A DNA stretch of 63,427 nt, the filler included, from an uncultured archaeon (GTDB taxonomy: Archaea > Iainarchaeota > Iainarchaeia > Iainarchaeales > 1-14-0-10-31-34): NCBI GenBank assembly GCA_964442255.1. It is 3 parts of 3 records of this genome, joined end to end, with 100 filler letters (N's around TTAATTAATTAA, not from the genome) between each part and the next. Parts side by side here need not be neighbours in the genome. Positions count along the whole stretch, not along the records: positions 1 to 27,888 come from CAYTYC010000017.1; positions 27,989 to 55,655 come from CAYTYC010000018.1; 1 more part is not named here. One strand, given 5' to 3'. Position numbers and translations under genes: made by a program. The notes under the pieces were generated by a model. The model was not told where the DNA came from. It saw only the letters and a list, made by a program, of their open reading frames with translations, and did not search any database. Below, piece by piece: positions 20,478 through 29,604 of the stretch. Numbering within the stretch: position 1 is the stretch's first letter; the number at the start of each line of letters is the position of its first letter.

Positions 20478-21079
20478 ATGAATTACAAGTTCCTTTCACT
20501 GGCCGGCTTGATTTGGCTGACTGCTTTGGCTGGGTGCATTAACCCCGCTGATTTCATGAAATTTGATTTGACTTCCGCCTATTTTTTTGAGGAAAACAGG
20601 GGAATTGAGCACTTTTAAGTAACCCAAACGCATTGCAGTATTATAATTTCTGCATTTCTCAAATTGCATTTTTCCAGCAGAACCCGGAAATCTGCAGTAA
20701 AATCAACCCGGAATACGAGGCAACTCCTCCAACAAGCGATTTGGTGGGGGAATGCATTAGCCGCATATCGGCTTTTCATGATGCAGTGACAGAAAAGCCT
20801 GAACAGAATTACCTCCCTGAAAATAACCCGATTGGGGACTGGACCGAGTGCATTGAAAAGAAAGGAAAAACCTGCGCTGAAATTTGTTCCCAGAAAGGCT
20901 TAACCTGCTCCAACACCTGCACTACCCGCACCGGGCTGAAGAATTGGGGCGCTGAGGCATGGTTTAATTCAAGCACCTGCAGGACTGGATTGGAAGGCAG
21001 GGGGCAGACTGACTGTGAACACATCGGCGACACGCTGGGAGTTGAGCCAAGGTGGAGATGCTGCTGCGCAAGTGACTAA
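20478..21079 (+). pseudogene. Split Cys-rich lipoprotein
   Basis: Lipobox ORF MNYK...LAGC (20478-20618) stops; the Cys-rich body continues in another frame (20633-21079). Confidence 0.5.
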
Positions 21080-21105
21080 TTACAATATTACCTCAAAGAA
21101 AACAG

Positions 21106-21403
21106 TTAATCAAGAAGCTTGATGAAATCTTTTTTCTTCATTTTCAGGTCCTGCTTAATGATTTTGTTCAGCAGGCCCGGCCCAATTGGTTCAGTGCCGT
21201 GAACCGGCACACTGGTTTTTCTTCCGTCCGGGTGAGCAAAGCGGTGATAGGCTATATTGCCACCGGCAGTCAGGATTTGGTGAACTGGTTTTTCTTCTGT
21301 CCGGGTGAGCAAAGCGGTGGTGGCTTCCAGTCACACGGCTTTTCTTGAAGCCCGGTTTTTCCAACGCGGCAAGCAGTTTTTTGGGCTTAACCTGCTTTGC
21401 CAA
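21106..21403 (-). pseudogene. hicA: HicA family toxin frameshifted by a 73-bp insertion/duplication
   Basis: GF..RVTGSHHRFAHPD and ...GRKTSVPVHG..IGPGLLNKII lie in different frames. Confidence 0.85.
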
Positions 21404-21407
21404 AGAA

Positions 21408-21626
21408 TTACACCTCAACCATTTGAATGCCTACAAAGTGGTTGGAGGATTTTTCTGTCCGCTCTTCCGAGCACAATCCAATTACTTCCTTGACTCTTTT
21501 AATCAGTTCGTCCATGGACTTTGCCTGGGTGTGGCAGCCCTGCAGTTCCGGAACATCAGCCACAAGCCAGCCGGCCTCATCGCGCTCAATTACAACCGTA
21601 AAAGCCTTTTTTCCCATAAACTTCAC
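21408..21626 (-). CDS. hicB: HicB family antitoxin
   Basis: FTVVIERDEAGWLVADVPELQGCHTQAKSMDEL. Confidence 0.9.
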   Translation of the reverse strand: MKFMGKKAFTVVIERDEAGWLVADVPELQGCHTQAKSMDELIKRVKEVIGLCSEERTEKSSNHFVGIQMVEV

Positions 21627-21765
21627 CTAAAATAATAGTGCCTGAACCCGGATTTAAACCTATTGCCCGGGTGGTTTGCGGTTTCAATTTTTTGTAATGC
21701 CTTCATTTCATTTACCCCCTTCTTTTGCTTCTGTTCCTTCTATTTTCCTTTTGCTTCTGTTCCTT

Positions 21766-22707
21766 CTATTTTCCTTTTACAAATGTTTTGGCCTGCCTTA
21801 AGTATTCCTTTAAACAAAATTCAACAAGCAAGCGTGGCTTTTTCTTTTCGACTGAATCAATGAGTGCTTTGAAGTAGGTTTCTCTTTTTTCGGAGATGTT
21901 TATTAAAGGAAACCCCGCATCCAAAAGTGTCTTGTTAAATAATAGCCTGCAGATTCTTTTGTTTCCGTCCAAAAAAGGATGAAGTGCATAAATTCGGTAA
22001 TGGGTTAAAGCTGCTTTTTCAACAGGGTTTAAGCTGCTTTTTTTATGCCATTCAATAAACTGCTTCAGCAATGAAGGAACTTCCCGGTGCCCGGGCGGCC
22101 TGTAAGCGATTTCAATGCTGAGCGGGTTTTCTTCATCTCTTTTATGCAGGTAAACCTGTCCTTGCCTTAGCTTTCCGGGTTTTTTTGTTTCAAAGTTTGC
22201 CATTATTGTTTTATGCAAGCCAAGCAAATATTGCTTGCTTAGTTCTCTTCCGCCCTTAATGGACTCAACCGCTTTGAGCATGCTTTTGCCAATCTGTTCT
22301 CTTAAGGAAAGATTTAAATCTTTCCCGTATGCTCTCTCCACGTCTTTTAAGCTGACATCAACATCTTCAGTGGTTAAAGTGGTGAGAGTAAAAAGAATTG
22401 TTTGGTCAACCTCAAATTTCCTTTTTTTTGCCGGGCTCAGCGACTCAAGTTTTCTGTTAAACGCTTCTTTGAAAAGCAGTGTTTTTATTACTTCATCTTT
22501 TGAAATGTTTTCAGCATCGTACTCTTTTCCTGAAATCCTCTTTACAATTTCGTCCTTAAAGGCTTCAGTGGTTTTCTGAACTGCTTTTTTCGTTGGCTTT
22601 TTTGGCCCAAAGTATTTGCTGAACTTCTTTGACTTGCTTACTACAAAATAGCTTAGCTCCAGATAATAGTAATTTTTTCCTTTAATTTTCTTTTTTCTCA
22701 AAACCAT
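21766..22707 (-). CDS. Fic domain protein
   Basis: HPFLDGNKRICR motif. Confidence 0.92.
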   Translation of the reverse strand: MVLRKKKIKGKNYYYLELSYFVVSKSKKFSKYFGPKKPTKKAVQKTTEAFKDEIVKRISGKEYDAENISKDEVIKTLLFKEAFNRKLESLSPAKKRKFEVDQTILFTLTTLTTEDVDVSLKDVERAYGKDLNLSLREQIGKSMLKAVESIKGGRELSKQYLLGLHKTIMANFETKKPGKLRQGQVYLHKRDEENPLSIEIAYRPPGHREVPSLLKQFIEWHKKSSLNPVEKAALTHYRIYALHPFLDGNKRICRLLFNKTLLDAGFPLINISEKRETYFKALIDSVEKKKPRLLVEFCLKEYLRQAKTFVKGK

Positions 22708-22802
22708 GCAATAGTTAGGCGGATAAAACTATTTAAATATATGCGCCTAACCAGTTAGGCGGAGAAGCAAACCAAAAAAATGGCGGCTAACCGCCTTTTT
22801 GT

Positions 22803-23360
22803 CGCGTGAAAGTTTGCGGGGTGGAGGATTCGAAGAACCTTTTTAGAAAAAAGGTTCATCAAAAATACCAAAAACACGAATCCTCCGCAAGGAAGGCATC
22901 GGAACAGCATATTTATGAGGTATTGAGCGAAGCGAAATACCTTGACGTATCCGCATGTAAAAAAACAAGAACCCTCCGCAAGGAAGGCATCGGAACAGCA
23001 TATTTAGAAGGGGTTGACCAAAGGGAAACCCCTTGACGTATTCGCGTGTAAACTTCGCGTGAAAGTTTGCGGGGTGGAGGATTCGAAGAACCTTTTTAGA
23101 AAAAAGGTTNNNNNNNNNNNNNNNNNNNNNNNNNNNNNNNNNNNNNNNNNNNNNNNNNNNNNNNNNNNNNNNNNNNNNNNNNNNNNNNNNNNNNNNNNNN
23201 NNNNNNNNNGGATTCGAAGAACCTTTTTAGAAAAAAGGTTCATCAAAAATACCAAAAACACGAACCCTCCGCAAGGAAGGCATCGGAACAGCATATTTAG
23301 AAGGGGTTGACCAAAGGGAAACCCCTTGACGTATTCGCGTGTAAACTTCGCGTGAAAGTT
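22803..23360 (-). repeat. Tandem ~162-bp units (one 253-bp variant) downstream of tRNA-Leu, each with the tRNA 3' end plus hairpins; spans a gap
   Basis: TGCGGGGTGGAGGATTCGAA at 22815, 23068 and 23361, partial at 23210. Confidence 0.9.
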
Positions 23361-23444
23361 TGCGGGGTGGAGGATTCGAACCCCCGTAGGCACTAAGCCA
23401 CAAGGCCCTCAACCTTGCCGGTTTGACCGCTCCCGCAACCCCGC
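23361..23444 (-). tRNA. tRNA-Leu(GAG)
   Basis: GCGGGGT acceptor, CAAGG-TTGAGGG-CCTTG, long variable arm, GTTCGAATC. Confidence 0.96.
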
Positions 23445-23504
23445 AAAAGCATAAGGGTTTCTGATGCGAAAGGTTTAAATTGAATAAATTCCAGTGTTTA
23501 AAGG

Positions 23505-23897
23505 ATGAAGAAAAAAATTGTTTTCGTGGCGCTTTTTTTAGGGCTGGTGCTGGTTTTTGGCTGCCCGCAGCAAAACGGCCCGCCTTCAAACGGCGGCCAG
23601 CCGACTTTGCCTGAATCCACGGACGGAAACCTGACTGTAAAGGTTTTGAAACTGGAGGACGAGTTTTGGGTGTTGGATGGAACGGTTACAGTGCGCGGGC
23701 CGGTAACCGAAACAAAAGCAATTGATGCGGGGTTTGCAGAGTTTGAAATCTTGGAAGGGCTTTACTCTGTGACAGTGGACGCGCCGGGCTTTGTCTCTGA
23801 AACCGAAGCCGCGGAAGTAATTGCCGGCATTCACCGGCAAATCAATTTCTATCTGGAAAGGGCGGAAGATAAGCGAAACTGGGGCACAAAAGAATAA
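23505..23897 (+). CDS. Lipoprotein with a carboxypeptidase-regulatory-like beta domain
   Basis: LVFGC lipobox; EGLYSVTVDAPGF. Confidence 0.7.
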   Translation: MKKKIVFVALFLGLVLVFGCPQQNGPPSNGGQPTLPESTDGNLTVKVLKLEDEFWVLDGTVTVRGPVTETKAIDAGFAEFEILEGLYSVTVDAPGFVSETEAAEVIAGIHRQINFYLERAEDKRNWGTKE

Positions 23898-23951
23898 TAA
23901 AAACAAAAAGAGCTGATGTTTTTTCAGGTTGATGTGATATCTTAAGAAAGC

Positions 23952-24569
23952 TTATTTCATTATTATGATTTTAGCATCAGGAAAATGCCTCTTAATACCT
24001 TCTTCCCATTCCTTAAAGAGTTGGGAGTTTGCTTTCAACTCAAATAGAACCGCTACAAAGTGATTAAAGTGAATACCGTACCGCATCATCTTATCTGCAA
24101 TAGTAGCCAGTTCACTGTTCCCCGTTGGGCCTTTAATCTCAATTGCAATTCTTTCTCCGTTTTTTTCAACCACTATGTCTGGTCTTGATCTCCCGAATTG
24201 CGCTTCAATTACCGTATTTGGAAAGTCTTTTTTCAGTTCCCTAGCTAAATCAATTTGATACGCATACTCCCAATGATGTTCCCTAAAGGGTTTGAAGTTT
24301 TTAATGATGTTTTCAATTTCCTCCAAAATAGGAAGATGTCCTCCTTTCCTTTCCACTCTCTTTTTGTTTACCCATTTAGCCAACCCTTTGGATCCCTTAA
24401 ACAATCCTTTTCCTGCAACCAAAGCTCCCTTTCCAAAAGCAACAGAACCTTTAACAATCAGCTCATCAACAACACCTGGCTGTCTTGTACGTCTGATCTT
24501 TGGGCGTCTTCTTTTTTTTCTTCTTTTTTTCCTCCGTTTTTGGTCGTATTGGTTAGGAAAATCAAACAT
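23952..24569 (-). CDS. PD-(D/E)XK nuclease-fold protein
   Basis: E..YQ..L, RPDIVV...IAIEIK; Arg/Lys-rich N-terminus. Confidence 0.7.
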   Translation of the reverse strand: MFDFPNQYDQKRRKKRRKKRRRPKIRRTRQPGVVDELIVKGSVAFGKGALVAGKGLFKGSKGLAKWVNKKRVERKGGHLPILEEIENIIKNFKPFREHHWEYAYQIDLARELKKDFPNTVIEAQFGRSRPDIVVEKNGERIAIEIKGPTGNSELATIADKMMRYGIHFNHFVAVLFELKANSQLFKEWEEGIKRHFPDAKIIIMK

Positions 24570-24727
24570 AATTCAACCTTCAATTTCACTTAAAATTATT
24601 CATAACGAGAGTAAAAACTCTTAAATATTGTTTCTTACGGTAAAATAGACAAGATTAGCTTATCGTTCTATGCGGAAAAATCTTCTTCTCAACTTTTATA
24701 TAAGTGCGTTCTGGAATTAGAATGCAT

Positions 24728-24816
24728 CGCAGCGGGTGAGATTCGAAGAAACTTTTCAAAAAAGTTTCATCAAAACATGAATCTCACACAGGGTCAGGGG
24801 CTTTCAGCCCCTGTCA
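24728..24816 (-). repeat. 89-bp unit downstream of tRNA-Ser with an exact copy of the last 20 nt of the tRNA plus a hairpin
   Basis: CGCAGCGGGTGAGATTCGAA at 24728 and 24817. Confidence 0.9.
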
Positions 24817-24976
24817 CGCAGCGGGTGAGATTCGAACTCACGTGCCCTTTCGGACACCAGCTCTCTTGACATCTTCTGGAAAAAGCTTTTCCGGCGAAAC
24901 CGGTTTTTTTTGATCAAACTTTTTTCCAAAAAGTTTGACTCAAGGCTGGCGCGTTTAACCACTCCGCCACCGCTGC
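24817..24976 (-). tRNA. tRNA-Ser(TGA) with a 76-nt intron at 37/38 (24863-24938)
   Basis: GCAGCGG acceptor, CCAGC-CTTGAG^A-GCTGG, CTTG/CAAG helix, long variable arm, G73. Confidence 0.93.
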
Positions 24977-25234
24977 ATTGCACAGTATTAAAGGGTGCGT
25001 TTAACCTTAAAAAAGCTGTTCATCAGGGAAAAGAATAGAAAAAAGATAAAAATGAAGGCATACCAGGGATCTGCACTGCAGTATGGCATGCCTCCTTAAC
25101 TCCCAATACGCTTTAATGAATGTGCAGAACTTTTTAAAAACGTTTTTCCCCGCGAAAGTCTACATAAGTTGGAAAAAAGGTTGGAATGATTGAACCGAAA
25201 ACATTTAATAAGGAAAAGAAAAACATTAATACGA

Positions 25235-26929
25235 ATGAACAAAAGTTTGCTGGTAATTGCTTTTGCCTGTTTGGGTTTGCTGTTCAGCGGATGCACCCAG
25301 GAAAACGGCCCCGAACCCTCTCCCGCTGCAGGCAACATCCCTGAACAGGTTTTAGGGGAATACGGAATTCCGGGAAACGGAAAAGTTGAACTGCACTGGA
25401 ACGCGGTTGAAGGCGCGCAGGGATACAAAATTTACAGGGCGCTTTCCACTGGGGGAGTAAAAACCGATTTCATTGCATTGAATTCCGAGCCAGTAACAGG
25501 AACAAATTATTCTGACGCAGGGCTCGCAAACGGCACAGCCTACTTTTACGCGGTCAGCGCAGTTAACTCAGCCGGAGAAGGGCCAAAATCAGGGGAAATA
25601 ATAGCGGTTCCATTCAAAACCGGGGGAGAACGCGAACCGAACGCGACCGGAACAGTCTGCGACCAGGAAAAAAACGAATTAAAGGTTGACTTGTGCCTAA
25701 AGAATTTGGCTGTTGCGACGGAAGACCCGCTAATGTGCAAAAAAATTACCACCCTTTCAATTGACGACTGCCTTTATGATTTGGCTTTAAACGCAAACAA
25801 GGCCGACTATTGCGCCGACATAATGGATTCCGTGAAAAAAAACAACTGCCAGAAAGAAACTGTGTTGAACCGCGAAAAAATAACCGAATGCATGGACATT
25901 GAGGCGGGCTCAACGGAAAGAAACGACTGCCTGAAGGAGCTTGCGGTTTTACAATCCAATACGGCTGCATGCGAACTCATTGAAGACCAATTAACAAGAG
26001 ACGAGTGCTTCAAGGAAATTGCGGTAAAGCTTGAATCTTATTTCCTTTGCGGAAGCGTTTCAAAAACCCTGGTGGCAGGAAACTACCTCAGGGACCTCTG
26101 CTACTCGGAAATACTTGAAAAAAAGAAGGACCTGGAAATTTGCGGGCGTTTCTTGGAACAAGAAAAAGAGATGAAATGCCTCCATGAAATGGCCGAAGAA
26201 TTAAAGGATTTTGGGGTTTGCGGCGGCATTGAAGCGGATGAAAACAGGTTTGAATGCATTTCAAATGTCGCGGCAGTTACCGCAGACCCTGATGCCTGCA
26301 TGGAAATTCCTGGTAAAGCCCTGCAGCAAAAATGCCTGATTTTGGTTGCGGAGTCAAGCGCCACAAGCATTGAAACCTGCCTGCAGATATTCAGCCACAT
26401 TGAAAGAAACAACTGCCTTTACGACATTGGAACAAGCCAAATGGACGTCAACGCCTGCATGGAAATAACGGACCGCGACCTTCAAACCGGCTGCCTTTGG
26501 ATGATTGCCACGGCAACCAATGACACGGAAGTCTGCGAAAAAATCAGGTTTGACATGAAAATGAAGCAAAACGAGTGCTTCAAGGAAGTGGCGGTCAGCT
26601 CTTATGAAATGGAGGGCTGCGACAAAATAGGTTCCCGGGACCTGTACATTGAATGCTATTCCGATATCGCGCGTGAACTCCAAGACACGGGAATCTGCGA
26701 AAACGTCACAAAAAAGTTTTTCCAGGAAAAAAACATTGCCCGCGACGACTGCTACTATTATTACGCCCTTGGAACGGCTGACACGGAAATCTGCGAGCTA
26801 ATTTTAAGCCAGAGCCTGAAAGACAAATGCTATTACGATTATTTCGTGGAAACGGATGACGACAGCGTTTGCGATGAAATAGTGGACGCAAACCTTAACC
26901 TCGTGTGCAGGGGCTGGAACGAAGCTTAA
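25235..26929 (+). CDS. Lipoprotein with an FN3 domain and Cys-rich repeats
   Basis: LFSGC lipobox; WNAV..YKIYR..YFYAVSAVNSAGEG; many C..I......RD.C repeats. Confidence 0.85.
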   Translation: MNKSLLVIAFACLGLLFSGCTQENGPEPSPAAGNIPEQVLGEYGIPGNGKVELHWNAVEGAQGYKIYRALSTGGVKTDFIALNSEPVTGTNYSDAGLANGTAYFYAVSAVNSAGEGPKSGEIIAVPFKTGGEREPNATGTVCDQEKNELKVDLCLKNLAVATEDPLMCKKITTLSIDDCLYDLALNANKADYCADIMDSVKKNNCQKETVLNREKITECMDIEAGSTERNDCLKELAVLQSNTAACELIEDQLTRDECFKEIAVKLESYFLCGSVSKTLVAGNYLRDLCYSEILEKKKDLEICGRFLEQEKEMKCLHEMAEELKDFGVCGGIEADENRFECISNVAAVTADPDACMEIPGKALQQKCLILVAESSATSIETCLQIFSHIERNNCLYDIGTSQMDVNACMEITDRDLQTGCLWMIATATNDTEVCEKIRFDMKMKQNECFKEVAVSSYEMEGCDKIGSRDLYIECYSDIARELQDTGICENVTKKFFQEKNIARDDCYYYYALGTADTEICELILSQSLKDKCYYDYFVETDDDSVCDEIVDANLNLVCRGWNEA

Positions 26930-27573
26930 AGAGACTTAAAGAATTCAATTGTTTTTTTCGCGTCTTTCGAATTAAAAACCGTGGAGCCGGATACAAGGAT
27001 GTCCGCCCCGGCTTCAACCGCCAGGGGGGCGTTTTCTTCATTCACCCCGCCGTCCAATTCAATTTCAAACTTCAGTCCATTTTCTTCACGAAACTTTTTA
27101 AGCGCGCGCACTTTTTCCAAAGCAGAGGGCGTGAATTCCTGCCCGGAAAACCCCGCGTTAACGCTTAACACCAAAACAAAGTCAACTTTATCCAGAAACT
27201 TCAGCCCTGGCTCAATGGATTCATTCAAATTAAACGCAAGCCCTGCTTTCACCCCTTTTTCGTTTGCCTTTTGGAAGAGTTTTTCCGGGTTTTTTGTGTT
27301 GGGAAGATGAAAGCAAATCATTTCCGGCTTAAGCTCCAGGAATTTTTCAAAGAGCTTGTCCGCTTCCTTAATCATTAAATGGATGTCCATTGGAATGGAG
27401 GCAATTTTTCCTGCAGCCTGCAGCACGGGAAAGCCTATTGAAATGTTTGGCACATAACAGCCGTCCATTACGTCCATGTGAAGGAGGTCGGCGCCGCATT
27501 CCTGTATTCTTTTCACTTCCTTCCCTAACCTGGAGAAATCGGCTGAAAGAATTGACGGGGCAACCTTAACCAT
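26926..27573 (-). CDS. rpe: Ribulose-phosphate 3-epimerase
   Basis: APSILSADF, HMDVMDG, DIHLM, DGGVN, LVSGS. Confidence 0.96.
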   Translation of the reverse strand: MVKVAPSILSADFSRLGKEVKRIQECGADLLHMDVMDGCYVPNISIGFPVLQAAGKIASIPMDIHLMIKEADKLFEKFLELKPEMICFHLPNTKNPEKLFQKANEKGVKAGLAFNLNESIEPGLKFLDKVDFVLVLSVNAGFSGQEFTPSALEKVRALKKFREENGLKFEIELDGGVNEENAPLAVEAGADILVSGSTVFNSKDAKKTIEFFKSL

Positions 27574-27769
27574 GTTAGAAAAAACAGCCAAAAGGCATTA
27601 AAATCCTACTGCGGGAAAAGACGGTTTTCCATATTTATAACCCATTCCGGCAACCTTTTGAAAAACGGTTGATTAAAATTGGCTTACGCCAAGGAATGGG
27701 CTGACGTATTTTGTTGATGCCTGGCGAAGGGCACTGCAAGCGAAGCAAACAGGTTCCATGCGGAGCATT

Positions 27770-27888
27770 TGCCATGCAAAGCATGGCACTCTCTGCTGCC
27801 GCGAGCAGCCGGCAAAATGCGAGCGCGTTAGCGCGAGCAACTGCCATGCAAAGCATGGCACTCTCTGCTGCCGCGAGCAGCCGGCAAA
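27770..27888. repeat. ~47-bp palindrome-containing direct repeat x2 at contig end
   Basis: TGCCATGCAAAGCATGGCACTCTCTGCTGCCGCGAGCAGCCGGCAAA at 27770 and 27842. Confidence 0.85.
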
Positions 27889-27988
27889 NNNNNNNNNNNN
27901 NNNNNNNNNNNNNNNNNNNNNNNNNNNNNNNNTTAATTAATTAANNNNNNNNNNNNNNNNNNNNNNNNNNNNNNNNNNNNNNNNNNNN
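27889..27988. other. Artificial contig linker
   Basis: N run + TTAATTAATTAA (stops in all frames) + N run. Confidence 0.95.
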
Positions 27989-29373
27989 TGGTTCAAGTCA
28001 AACATTTCAACAACAGGGTCTGCCTCCAAAACATCCGGCCAATCCTCCCACTCACTGCTCTCAGTATTCCACCCCAACTGAGCCTTAGACCAAGCGTCAA
28101 GAACCCCATTAAAAGTTCCGCCATTCCAAGAATTCTGCATTGAAGTGCCTTCAGCCATTATAGAATCAACAATGGTTGCATCGCATTCCACCGGAACAGC
28201 CATGTCACAATTCTTGTTCGCAATTCCCAAATAACCGGACGTCTCTGTACAAGTGCAATCGCTTGAAGCCCCCTGATCCAAAGCATAAAAAATGTGCCCG
28301 GTTTCATGAGCAGAAAACATTCCAACAGGAGAAGAATTTGTCACCGCAAAATGCGGGCCCCCCAAATGCGCATAAGCCTCCGGTCCGGTTGGAGAACCAA
28401 AACCATCACCGCTCACAGAATTATCCACCGGAAAAATCACAAAACCCCACGGCCACTCGTCGCCGCCATAACCGGAATCCTTTCTCCAAAAATCAGCCGC
28501 ATGCCTCACCCTGTCCTTGCAATCACCAGAAGTCAAAGGAAAATCGTAATTTGCTTCAATATTATCCATTAACGGATCAATCCAGTCACACTCATTTTCT
28601 TTAGGGTAATCAATTGCTTCAACCGAAATAAAAGTAGCAGGGTCAACCTCCCATTCCTCCTCCCATAACTCCTTCTGGCAGTTGATGCACTCCGAATAAA
28701 TCTGCAAATCAAAAGGCGGGTACACTGCATTCCCACCAGAAAACTCGGCATTATAGGCGCCATTCCCCCACCAATAAAATGCATCCCATATCTCAGACGA
28801 AACAGTAACTATTTCATCAGAAGTCCAGCTGCCTTCATCACAGGTCCCACTGCATTCCGGGAAAATAACTGCAACCGCAACCGTCCCCACCATAAACTCT
28901 GAAGTGTCCTCCCACGTTGCCCCAAAAGGAAGCCGAATATCGGAAGCAATTTCCCTACGCAACCCTTTTTCAGGGTAAACCACGTCACCGGCAAGGGCTT
29001 CAGGTTCAACAGAATAAACCGGCTTTTCCCCAAACTGCTTATTCCAAGTTAAGGCACCCGCATAAGCATGCAAACCAAACCTCTTCAATGTCTCCGGTTT
29101 TTGAATAGAAGAAGTAAAAACCCTTTCAACAAAAAAAGACTTCCTGACATCTTTAACCACAGAACCAGGCACTCCCGCAAAAACAGCCTCAACCCCCAAA
29201 ACAAGATCAACATCAACCCCCATGACCTCCAATTCATCCACAGCTTTGTGCATGCACTCTTTAACATCACAATCCAAAACAACAAACGCCTTCGTGTAAT
29301 TCTCCTGCGTTTCCGCTAAACCAAACGGAACCAACAGCAACACCATTAAAGGAACCAGCTTCAAAAAATTCAT
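27989..29373 (-). CDS. Secreted zinc metalloprotease-like protein (3' truncated at contig end)
   Basis: Signal peptide, AYAHLGGP, AHETGHIFYALD (HExxH), downstream SIM Met-turn. Confidence 0.75.
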
Positions 29374-29604
29374 GCTTGGGAGCCACCTCAGGAATTGGGT
29401 AAAGCTAATATATCTCTTATTAAAGTATATTTAAACATAACTTTTCAGGCTTTTTTCGTTTTTTGACGAACCCGGGAAATTATGGGTTTGAAATTCGGGT
29501 TTCAGGTTAAAAAAAAACAGGGGATTGGGTTTCCGCAATAATTAAATATAAGAGTATTACTATTAGTTATGCAAGTTGTTTTGGCGGTGAAAAAAAAGGT
29601 GAAC

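Noticed and set aside
22806..23393. ORFs within the tRNA-Leu repeats
   Set aside because: They are translations of non-coding repeats and the N gap
27889..27988. TTAATTAATTAA between N runs (also 55656-55755) as a biological motif
   Set aside because: It is an artificial all-frame-stop contig linker
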